Source: Chlorobiota bacterium (lineage in GTDB: Bacteria; Bacteroidota; Ignavibacteria; Tepidaquicellales; OLB5). From it: a stretch of 64,000 nucleotides of DNA. The stretch is taken from NCBI GenBank assembly GCA_022616535.1, contig JAKEEM010000008.1, positions 65,652 to 129,651 on the forward strand, read 5' to 3'. Position numbers and translations under genes: made by a program. Positions 17,979-25,450 of this stretch are shown one piece after another. Positions within the stretch are counted from its first letter, which is position 1. The number at the start of each line of letters is the position of its first letter. The notes beneath the pieces were generated by a model, which was not told where the DNA came from, made no database searches, and saw only the letters and a program-made list of their open reading frames with translations.

Positions 17979-19316
17979 ATGCCAAATACAATTAAGTTTA
18001 ATGAGAATTATCCCATTATTACAGAATCAGACAAGCTTTATGCGCGGGCTTTGGGTTTAATTCCTACAGTGACTCAAACTCTTGCAAAGGGTCCTGGTCA
18101 ATACATAAAGGGTGTTGCTCCCAAATATCTTGTAAAAGGAAAAGGCTCGCACGTTTGGGATGCGGACGGAAACGAATATATCGATTACAATATGGGAATT
18201 GGTCCTATTTCCCTTGGCTATTGTTATGATAAAGTTGATGAGGCAATTACATCACAGCTGAAAAACGGCATTACTTTTTCCCAGATGCACCCGCTTGAAG
18301 TTGAGGTAGCTGAGCTTATAAGGGAGATTGTTCCCAATGCAGAAAGCGTTAGATACAGCAAAACCGGCTGTGATGTAACCAGTGCTGCAATAAGATTATC
18401 GCGTGCGTTTACTGGAAGAAACAAGGTTTTGTGCTGCGGATACCACGGCTGGCATGACTGGTATATTTCGGTCACTGACAGGAATAAAGGAATCCCACAG
18501 GCAGTTCAGGATTTAACGTTTACATTTAATTATAATGATATTAACTCGGTAATTGATTCAATTGATGCAGACACTGCTTGCGTGATTTTAGAACCGGTTG
18601 TGTTCGAGGAGCCGAGAGATAATTTCCTCCACAAGCTGAAGGATATTTGCGAAAGAAACGGAACGCTATTAATATTTGATGAAATGTGGACTGGGTTCAG
18701 GATTAATCTCGGAGGCGCACAAAAATATTTTGGAGTTAAAGCTGATTTTGCGTGCTTTTCCAAAGCCGTGGCAAACGGTATGCCGATATCGATTCTGACC
18801 GGCAGGAAGGATGTTATGTTACTGCTTGAACATGACGTGTTCTTCTTTACTACTTTCGGCGGAGAGGCACTTTCTCTTGCTGCGGCTAAGGCAACAATTA
18901 ACGAATTGAGAGAAAAAAATGTAACTGAACACCTTGCAAATCAAGGCAGAAAATTAAAAGACGGGTATAACTCAATTGCGCGGAGTCTGGGTATGGATTA
19001 TACCAAGTGTTCAGGTTTTGACTTCAGAAGCATTGTAAGCTTCGATGAAAATGCAGGTAATCCCCTTGAGATGAAATCGCTTGTCCAGCAGGAGATGATT
19101 AAGCGCGGAGTGCTTTGGGGGGGATTTCATAACATGTGTTTTTCGCATTCCGATGAAGATGTTAATTATACTCTCGAGGCTTACGAAGATGTTTTGCAAA
19201 TACTTAAAAAAGCCGTTTATGAAGGTGATGTCAGGAAATATTTACGGGGCGAGCCGGTTGAGCCGGTTTTCAGAAAGACGGGTAATTTTAATATCAAACC
19301 CAAAAAAGCAGTTTAG
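17979..19316 (+). CDS. Class-III PLP aminotransferase (glutamate-1-semialdehyde aminomutase-like)
   Basis: DEMWTGFR, and SKAVANGMP carrying the PLP lysine; 445 aa. Confidence 0.85.
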   Translation: MPNTIKFNENYPIITESDKLYARALGLIPTVTQTLAKGPGQYIKGVAPKYLVKGKGSHVWDADGNEYIDYNMGIGPISLGYCYDKVDEAITSQLKNGITFSQMHPLEVEVAELIREIVPNAESVRYSKTGCDVTSAAIRLSRAFTGRNKVLCCGYHGWHDWYISVTDRNKGIPQAVQDLTFTFNYNDINSVIDSIDADTACVILEPVVFEEPRDNFLHKLKDICERNGTLLIFDEMWTGFRINLGGAQKYFGVKADFACFSKAVANGMPISILTGRKDVMLLLEHDVFFFTTFGGEALSLAAAKATINELREKNVTEHLANQGRKLKDGYNSIARSLGMDYTKCSGFDFRSIVSFDENAGNPLEMKSLVQQEMIKRGVLWGGFHNMCFSHSDEDVNYTLEAYEDVLQILKKAVYEGDVRKYLRGEPVEPVFRKTGNFNIKPKKAV

Positions 19317-19337
19317 TAGAAGGCAGTTTAGTAGAAA
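19308..19337. repeat. 15-bp tandem duplication (gcagtttagtagaaN x2) containing the aminotransferase stop codon
   Basis: Copies at 19308-19322 and 19323-19337, read directly from the sequence. Confidence 0.8.
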
Positions 19338-19349
19338 GAGATTTTAGAA

Positions 19350-20156
19350 TTGAACGATTTATTTTCATTAAAAAATAAAGTTGCTGTTGTTACGGGGGCT
19401 GCTGGACTGCTGGGTAAAGAACATTGCTCTGCTCTAGCCGAAGCCGGCGCGAGTGTTGTAGTTACCGATATTGATGAGAATAAATCGAGTGAAATTGCTG
19501 GAAAGCTTTCAAACGAGTCCTGCGGGTTTATGCTTGATGTGACAGATAAAAAATCAATTAGCGAACTTAAAAAATTTGTTTTGAAAAAATTCGGCCAAAT
19601 AGATATTCTGGTTAATAATGCCGCAATAAACGATATGTTTGAAAATTCCTCGGCAGAAGCCGAGCTTTCGAAATTTGAAAATTACCCGCTTGAGATGTGG
19701 AGGAAGTCACTTGATGTTAACCTGACCGGTGTTTTTTTGTGTTCGCAGATACTCGGAAGCCGGATGGCTGAGCAGGGAAATGGAAGCATAATAAATATTG
19801 CGTCGACTTACGGAATGGTTGCGCCTGACCAGTCACTATACAAAAAACCCGAAGGAACACAGTCATTTTATAAATCGCCGGTTTACTCAAGCACCAAAGG
19901 AGCGGTAATAATGTTCACGAAATTTCTTGCGGCATACTGGGGAAATAAGGGAGTAAGAGTAAACTCGCTTTCGCCCGGCGGTGTTGAAAATTCACAGGAC
20001 GATTATTTCATAGAAAATTATTCAAGAAAAACTCCGCTCGGGAAAATGTCTAAGCCCGGTGATTACAGGGGCGCAATTGTTTTTCTTGCAAGCGATGCCT
20101 CAAGCTATATGACGGGAGCAAATTTAGTTGTTGACGGCGGCTGGACAATATGGTAG
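19350..20156 (+). CDS. Short-chain dehydrogenase/reductase (SDR)
   Basis: TGAAGLLG cofactor motif, NNAA, and the YSSTK catalytic Y/K. TTG start. Confidence 0.9.
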   Translation: MNDLFSLKNKVAVVTGAAGLLGKEHCSALAEAGASVVVTDIDENKSSEIAGKLSNESCGFMLDVTDKKSISELKKFVLKKFGQIDILVNNAAINDMFENSSAEAELSKFENYPLEMWRKSLDVNLTGVFLCSQILGSRMAEQGNGSIINIASTYGMVAPDQSLYKKPEGTQSFYKSPVYSSTKGAVIMFTKFLAAYWGNKGVRVNSLSPGGVENSQDDYFIENYSRKTPLGKMSKPGDYRGAIVFLASDASSYMTGANLVVDGGWTIW

Positions 20157-20677
20157 GGGGATTTAAAAATATAAATCTGAAGATTAAGGAGAAAGCAAGA
20201 AAAATTAAGCTTGTTCTGACCGATAGCGACGGAGTTTTAACCGATACGGGCGTTTACTACTCAGAAAGGGGAGAGGAGATGAAGCGTTTTTCAATAAGAG
20301 ACGGAATGGGCGTAGAGCGGCTTAGAAACTTAGCCGGAGTTGAAACAGGGATTGTTACCGGCGAGCTTTCGGGGTCGGTTAAAAAAAGAGCAGAAAAGCT
20401 TTTAATACATGAGGTGCACCAGGGCGTTAAGGATAAAAAAGCTGTGCTGAACGAAATAGTAAAGAGGAAAAAAATAAAACTTGAAAATGTTGCGTTCATC
20501 GGCGATGACACAAATGACTTAGATGTTTTAACAATGGCGGGTCTATCCGCCTGCCCGTCCGATGCTGTAATTCAGATTAAGCAGATTGTGGATTACATTA
20601 CGGACAGCAAGGGGGGCTACGGGGCTTTCAGAGATTTTGCTGAATTAATAATCGCTTCAATCGAAGAAAGTAAATAA
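20150..20677 (+). CDS. KdsC-family HAD-IIIA ulosonate-phosphate phosphatase
   Basis: LVLTDSDGVLTD (DxD motif) and GDDTNDL; 175 aa. Overlaps the SDR stop (ATGGTAG). Confidence 0.85.
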   Translation: MVGGFKNINLKIKEKARKIKLVLTDSDGVLTDTGVYYSERGEEMKRFSIRDGMGVERLRNLAGVETGIVTGELSGSVKKRAEKLLIHEVHQGVKDKKAVLNEIVKRKKIKLENVAFIGDDTNDLDVLTMAGLSACPSDAVIQIKQIVDYITDSKGGYGAFRDFAELIIASIEESK

Positions 20678-20706
20678 TATTTTTTAAACCAAAATAATTA
20701 ACTGCT

Positions 20707-21657
20707 ATGGAAAACACAACCAAAAAAGCAGAAGTAAGCAAAAAAGCAGAAGTAAGCAAAAAAGCAGAAGTAAAAATCGGAAACAAATTTGTGGGTGAAG
20801 GACACCCCGTTTATATAATTGCCGAAATCGGAATAAACCACAATGGCTCACTTGATACAGCCAAAAAAATGATTGACGGCGCTGTATTTGCCGGCGCTGA
20901 TGCAATCAAGTTTCAGAAAAGGACGCCGGAGCTTTGCGTGCCGCGTGACCAGTGGCATATCGAACGCGATACCCCCTGGGGCAGGATGACATACATCGAT
21001 TACCGCCATAAAATCGAATTCGGCGAAAAGGAATATTCGGAAATCGACAGGCACTGCAGGGAAAAAGGCATTCACTGGTTCGTATCCTGCTGGGACGAGG
21101 GAGCTGTTGAATTTATGGAGAAGTTCGATACTCCCGCTTATAAAATTGCATCCGCTACAATTACCGATACGGAGCTGCTGAGGAGACTCCGCCAAACCGA
21201 AAAACCGCTCATTATGTCAACCGGTATGTCAACAATGGACGAAATTGAAAATGCTGTCGATGTACTCGGCAAATACGATTTGCTGATTGCGCATGCAACC
21301 TCAACGTATCCGTGTTCTTCGGAGGAGCTTAATTTAAGAATGATAAGCACGCTTAAGAACATGTACCCTGAAGTGCCAATAGGTTACTCGGGCCACGAAG
21401 TCGGTCTTTCGCCAACGTGGGCAGCTGTTGCGCTCGGCTCCTCGTTTGTTGAACGCCACATAACGCTTGACCGCTCGATGTGGGGCACTGACCAGGCGGC
21501 ATCGGTGGAAATTATGGGGCTCTACCGCCTGATATCAAATATACGCGATATCGAGAAATCGCTTGGTGACGGAATAAAGCGTGTTTATGAAAGCGAACTC
21601 GGCTCATTAAAAAAATTAAGGAAAGTTAAAAATCTTGAAATAGCAAAAAGTGCGTAG
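20707..21657 (+). CDS. NeuB-family PEP-condensing ulosonic acid synthase, without the SAF domain and with an N-terminal (KKAEVS)3 tail
   Basis: PVYIIAEIGINHNGS, AIKFQK, ISTGMS-like MSTGMS and GYSGHE motifs. The protein ends shortly after the TIM-barrel region. Confidence 0.85.
   Translation: MENTTKKAEVSKKAEVSKKAEVKIGNKFVGEGHPVYIIAEIGINHNGSLDTAKKMIDGAVFAGADAIKFQKRTPELCVPRDQWHIERDTPWGRMTYIDYRHKIEFGEKEYSEIDRHCREKGIHWFVSCWDEGAVEFMEKFDTPAYKIASATITDTELLRRLRQTEKPLIMSTGMSTMDEIENAVDVLGKYDLLIAHATSTYPCSSEELNLRMISTLKNMYPEVPIGYSGHEVGLSPTWAAVALGSSFVERHITLDRSMWGTDQAASVEIMGLYRLISNIRDIEKSLGDGIKRVYESELGSLKKLRKVKNLEIAKSA
20722..20775. repeat. 18-bp in-frame tandem repeat x3 (aaaaaagcagaagtaagc)
   Basis: Copies at 20722-39, 20740-57 and 20758-75 (the last ends aaaa). 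Encodes KKAEVS repeats. Confidence 0.9.
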
Positions 21658-21663
21658 CTTTAT

Positions 21664-21723
21664 TTTTTAGGTTCATTTTTAGGTTCATTTTTAGTTTCAT
21701 TTTTAGGTTCTTTTTTAGGTTCA
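21664..21723. repeat. 12-bp intergenic tandem repeat x5 (tttttaggttca)
   Basis: Five copies with 2 substitutions, between the NeuB-like gene and the hydroxylase gene. Confidence 0.85.
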
Positions 21724-21735
21724 TTTTTTCATTTA

Positions 21736-22560
21736 ATGTTTGAAAGCTTAGAATACATCGATAAAATCCGCTTAATCAATTTTGGCATAGTTGTCTTTGC
21801 GGCAAGTGTGCTTGTTTTGCTTGAGCGGATTTTTCCATACAATAAAGGACAGAAGTTTTTCCGCGAAGGATTCTTTAACGATTTTGTCCTTTATAATTTC
21901 CTTCAAAGCTTTATACTCGGCATAATAATTTCATACATCATACAGTTTCTTGACGGGATTACACAGCTTTCCGAGTTTCGGTTAATCTCCCGCTGGCCCG
22001 TTTGGGTGCAGGTGATTTTCTTCGTCATTACTCACGATTTCTACATTTACTGGTTCCACCGGTGGCAGCATAAAAATAAATATTTGTGGCGTATTCACGA
22101 AGCGCATCATTCAACATTTTCGGTTGACTGGCTTTCGGGAGTTCGCTCACACTCGCTTGAGATACTGATTAACCAGACAGTTGAGTTTGCACCGATAATT
22201 CTGCTCGGCGCTGCACCCGAAGTAGCCGTATACAAAGGTACTATTAGCGCTGTATGGGGAATGTATATCCATTCAAACATTGATGTAAAAAGCGGGTGGC
22301 TTCAGTATTTCATAAACGGACCCGAAATGCACCGCTGGCATCACAGCGATGACGAGACCGATACCGAGACAGGCGTTTATGATTACAGAGACAAAAATTT
22401 TTCAACAAAGCTTGCCATTTGGGACTGGATTTTCGGCACCGCTTACAAACCATCACAAAAAAAATCTGAAATCTACGGCTTAAGAGATATGGATTTTCCC
22501 AAAAATTATTTCAGACAGCACTTCTTTGCCTTCAGAAGGTTTAAACAACCTGAACCATGA
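21736..22560 (+). CDS. Fatty-acid hydroxylase / sterol desaturase superfamily membrane di-iron enzyme
   Basis: Histidine boxes HDFYIYWFHRWQH, HEAHHS and HRWHH; four or more TM segments. Confidence 0.8.
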   Translation: MFESLEYIDKIRLINFGIVVFAASVLVLLERIFPYNKGQKFFREGFFNDFVLYNFLQSFILGIIISYIIQFLDGITQLSEFRLISRWPVWVQVIFFVITHDFYIYWFHRWQHKNKYLWRIHEAHHSTFSVDWLSGVRSHSLEILINQTVEFAPIILLGAAPEVAVYKGTISAVWGMYIHSNIDVKSGWLQYFINGPEMHRWHHSDDETDTETGVYDYRDKNFSTKLAIWDWIFGTAYKPSQKKSEIYGLRDMDFPKNYFRQHFFAFRRFKQPEP

Positions 22561-22773
22561 TTTGCCTGATTAAGGAATTACGCTGATTTGATTCGTAATA
22601 TTTATCAGATTAATCAAATTTATAAGATTAATTTTTATGCCTTTTGCCTTCCCCTTCTTTAATATACTTTGACATTTTCGCAACATCGTGAACGCCTGGA
22701 ATTGTTAATGGGTATAGATTTGCCCGTTTTAATAAATATTGAAATAGGTAAATTAGTAATTATAATAGATTAA

Positions 22774-23523
22774 ATGATAATTACGTTAATTGCAGGCATA
22801 GCTACGGGATTTATTGTGTCAATACCGCCGCTCGGACCCATTGCATTTGCCCTTATTTCCAAGGGCTTCAGGGGTGAGACGAAGGAAGGCATGGCAATAG
22901 CGTTCGGCTCAGCTTTTATGGATATGGTTTACGCACTAATTGCATTCGGCGGTATCTCGCTTTTCATATCATTATTACCCGATAAGGTTGAGGAGCTTTT
23001 TAACAACAATTCAAACACCCTGCAGATATTTTTAATCTACTCCGGCTGTGTTTTGGTGATTATATACGGAATAAAGATAATGAAAATGAAAATCGATTAT
23101 GAGAAATTTGAAGCACGCGAAGCCGATGTCATCCACAAAGCTGAAGTAAAAGCTGAGGAATTTGTTCATAAGCATAATGTCCCAATGAGGAAAGATTCGA
23201 ATCTTTTTGGCTTATTTTTTATGGGTATTATGTTATGTCTTTCTTCAATAACACTGCCTGCTTCATGGATTGCTATTGTGGGCTATATTAAAGGGTATGG
23301 GATAATAGAAAGCTCGTTTTGGGGCGGACTGGTTTTCTCTGCGGGAGCGCTGGCGGGAACCGCTTTGTGGTTCTGGACACTGCTTAAGCTTATTACAGGC
23401 AATAAACACAGAATCAACCGCACAACAATCAGCACATTGAATATAATAGCGGGAGTTATATTAATAGTACTCGGTGTATTTCTGTTTATCAGGGCAACGG
23501 CAGCGGTTTTGAATGTGTTTTAA
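22774..23523 (+). CDS. LysE/RhtB-like polytopic membrane protein (exporter-like)
   Basis: 3+3 TM layout with an N-terminal PPLGPIAF motif and a long charged central loop. Family call is tentative. Confidence 0.45.
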   Translation: MIITLIAGIATGFIVSIPPLGPIAFALISKGFRGETKEGMAIAFGSAFMDMVYALIAFGGISLFISLLPDKVEELFNNNSNTLQIFLIYSGCVLVIIYGIKIMKMKIDYEKFEAREADVIHKAEVKAEEFVHKHNVPMRKDSNLFGLFFMGIMLCLSSITLPASWIAIVGYIKGYGIIESSFWGGLVFSAGALAGTALWFWTLLKLITGNKHRINRTTISTLNIIAGVILIVLGVFLFIRATAAVLNVF

Positions 23524-23625
23524 AATTTTATCTATGAACAAGGGGTTGTGCCTTTGTTCAAGATTATACCCAATCAAGACTAATCCCTTATAAAATAAAA
23601 ATTTGAAAAATAACGTAAAAAACGC

Positions 23626-23655
23626 TTGACAAACGGAAAAATTTTCGTATTTTTG
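23626..23655 (+). promoter_or_regulatory. dcw/mraZ promoter, Bacteroidota type (TTGACA-N-TATTTTTG)
   Basis: TTG at 23626-8, a 19-nt spacer, then TATTTTTG at 23648-55 (TAnnTTTG). Confidence 0.55.
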
Positions 23656-23656
23656 T

Positions 23657-23683
23657 AGTGGAGGAAAGTGGAGTAAAGTGGAG
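23657..23683 (+). promoter_or_regulatory. Putative MraZ operator: three direct AGTGGAG boxes at exact 10-bp spacing
   Basis: Boxes at 23657-63, 23667-73 and 23677-83, immediately downstream of the -7 box. E. coli MraZ binds three GTGGG-type direct repeats with 10-nt periodicity in the same relative position. Confidence 0.65.
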
Positions 23684-23755
23684 AGTCGTATTTTCCTTCC
23701 TTTAATTCCACACAGTAGGCTTAAAATTAAACAAAAATAACTAAAAATTATTTAT

Positions 23756-24211
23756 TTGTTCCAGGGACACGTAAATACTACAATCGACGAAAAAGGAAGG
23801 ATTATTATTCCATCCAAGTTTCGAAAGCATATCTCGCCGGAGGCAAATGGTGTAATGAACATAACTTTGGGCAGGGATAAATGTATTTGGATGTTTCCCG
23901 CGCATGAATGGCTCAAAGTTTTGAACACCCTTAGCACAACAAATCCCTATACCGAGCAGGAAGTAATGTTCAGAAGACAAATGCTTTTCCACACCGAAGA
24001 GCTTGCAATCGATTCCCAGCACAGGATTTTGATTCCGCAGGAAGTTTTAACCAAGGTTGGAATTAAAAAAGAAGTTTTGCTCATAGGCCAGCTTGAAAGA
24101 ATTGAAATATGGAATCCCGCAACTTACGAAAAGTATCTTAAGGAAAGTCCCGATACATATGAAGGCGTTATGCAGAAGGTAATGGAAAAACTTTACTCGC
24201 CCCGCACATAA
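23756..24211 (+). CDS. mraZ: Transcriptional regulator MraZ
   Basis: The TTG start gives MFQGHVNTTIDEKGRIIIPSKFR. Two SpoVT-AbrB repeats (DxxGR ... RILIP). Confidence 0.95.
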   Translation: MFQGHVNTTIDEKGRIIIPSKFRKHISPEANGVMNITLGRDKCIWMFPAHEWLKVLNTLSTTNPYTEQEVMFRRQMLFHTEELAIDSQHRILIPQEVLTKVGIKKEVLLIGQLERIEIWNPATYEKYLKESPDTYEGVMQKVMEKLYSPRT

Positions 24212-25101
24212 TGTCTTTTGTGGGGAAGTTTCATGAGCCGGTTCTGCTTAAAGAGATGGCCGGCTTGCTCACTGCTAATAAAGATACAACTAAAGCAAAG
24301 CTATACGCTGACTGCACGCTCGGAGGGGGAGGATACACAAGAGAAATATTAAAATCAACACCGGAAGGTGTAAAAGCAGCGGCCCTCGATAAAGATGTAT
24401 TTGCAATTGAGCACTGTAAAAAAGTTTTAGCAGAGTTTGGTGAAAGAGTAATTTTTGTTCAGGCTAATTTCAGTAATATAAAAAAAGCCATTCAACAAGC
24501 AGGATTTGAAAATGTAAGCGGAGTAGTGATGGATTTGGGACTTTCAACATACCAGTTAAATTATGAAGCGGGTTTCAGCTACCAAAGAGATACTGAGCTT
24601 GATATGAGAGCCGATAAAAGCCAGAAGCTTACTGCAAAAGATGTTCTGAATAAATACGATGAAAAAGTGATTGCGAAAATCTTATTTGAATACGGTGAGC
24701 TAAGATACAGCAGGAAAATTGCAAGAGAAATTGCTGAATATCGGAAAAAGAAAAAATTTGAAACAACGTTCGATTTGGTTGAGCTTTTAAAAAAACAGGT
24801 TCCGCCAAGATATCTGAACAGGGATTTATCGAAACTTTTTCAGGCAATCAGAATAGAAGTCAATAATGAGCTTGAAAATCTTAAAAACGCGCTTGAGGAT
24901 TCAGTTGATGTTTTGGAACATAGAGCGAGAATTGTTGCGGTTTCGTATCACTCGCTTGAAGACAGAATTGTTAAGAATTTCTTCAGAAACAACGAGAATT
25001 TAAAAGTAATAACAAAAAAACCGGTTGAGCCGGGTGAGGATGAAATAAGCCGAAATATCAGGGCGCGGAGCGCTAAACTAAGAGCGGCAGAGAGAATTTG
25101 A
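24211..25101 (+). CDS. rsmH: 16S rRNA (cytosine1402-N4)-methyltransferase RsmH
   Basis: HEPVLLKE, DCTLGGGGYT, DLGLSTYQL and SYHSLEDR motifs. Confidence 0.95.
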   Translation: MSFVGKFHEPVLLKEMAGLLTANKDTTKAKLYADCTLGGGGYTREILKSTPEGVKAAALDKDVFAIEHCKKVLAEFGERVIFVQANFSNIKKAIQQAGFENVSGVVMDLGLSTYQLNYEAGFSYQRDTELDMRADKSQKLTAKDVLNKYDEKVIAKILFEYGELRYSRKIAREIAEYRKKKKFETTFDLVELLKKQVPPRYLNRDLSKLFQAIRIEVNNELENLKNALEDSVDVLEHRARIVAVSYHSLEDRIVKNFFRNNENLKVITKKPVEPGEDEISRNIRARSAKLRAAERI

Positions 25102-25403
25102 GGAAAATCAAACAAAAGAAAATATCGCTTTTTAACCTGATGGTAGCTCTCTTTACAGGTGCAGGGCTGATTGTCTTTTTTGTAAATAACATTATTGCAG
25201 TGAATGCGCTTGCGGTTGAAAATAATAATATACTTACTGAACTGAATAAAACAACCGCTTTTAACAACAGCCTGCAGACCGAAATCGAAAGATTGACGAC
25301 CTATGACAATATAAAATCCGTAGCAGTGGACAAGCTGGGACTGAAATATTCAAAATCCAAGCCGAAAAAAATTGTTATTGATAAATCGGAAATTGAGAAT
25401 TGA
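25098..25403 (+). CDS. ftsL: FtsL-like cell-division protein
   Basis: 101 aa with a single TM segment followed by a coiled-coil, in the canonical position between rsmH and ftsI. Confidence 0.7.
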   Translation: MRKIKQKKISLFNLMVALFTGAGLIVFFVNNIIAVNALAVENNNILTELNKTTAFNNSLQTEIERLTTYDNIKSVAVDKLGLKYSKSKPKKIVIDKSEIEN

Positions 25404-25406
25404 ACT

Positions 25407-25443
25407 CCTGCCTGCAGCATGTCTCCTGTTGTAGACAGGCAGG
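25407..25443. repeat. GC-rich inverted-repeat element, copy A (CCTGCCTGcagca...gtagaCAGGCAGG)
   Basis: An 8-bp perfect outer stem. Lies between the ftsL stop and the probable ftsI ATG (25451). Confidence 0.8.
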
Positions 25444-25450
25444 CAATTAT

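Noticed and set aside
20722-21723. Tandem repeats checked as possible CRISPR arrays, here and at 12137, 12327 and 31685.
   Set aside because: The units are 12-18 bp and directly abutting with no unique spacers. Most are in frame inside genes, and no cas genes are present.
25400-25450. The tracked TTG start of ftsI, which gives the N-terminal peptide MNSCLQHVSCCRQAGNY.
   Set aside because: These 17 codons are the translation of the GC-rich hairpin repeat also found in non-coding gaps elsewhere. ATG 25451 gives a normal basic cytoplasmic N-terminus followed by the TM anchor.
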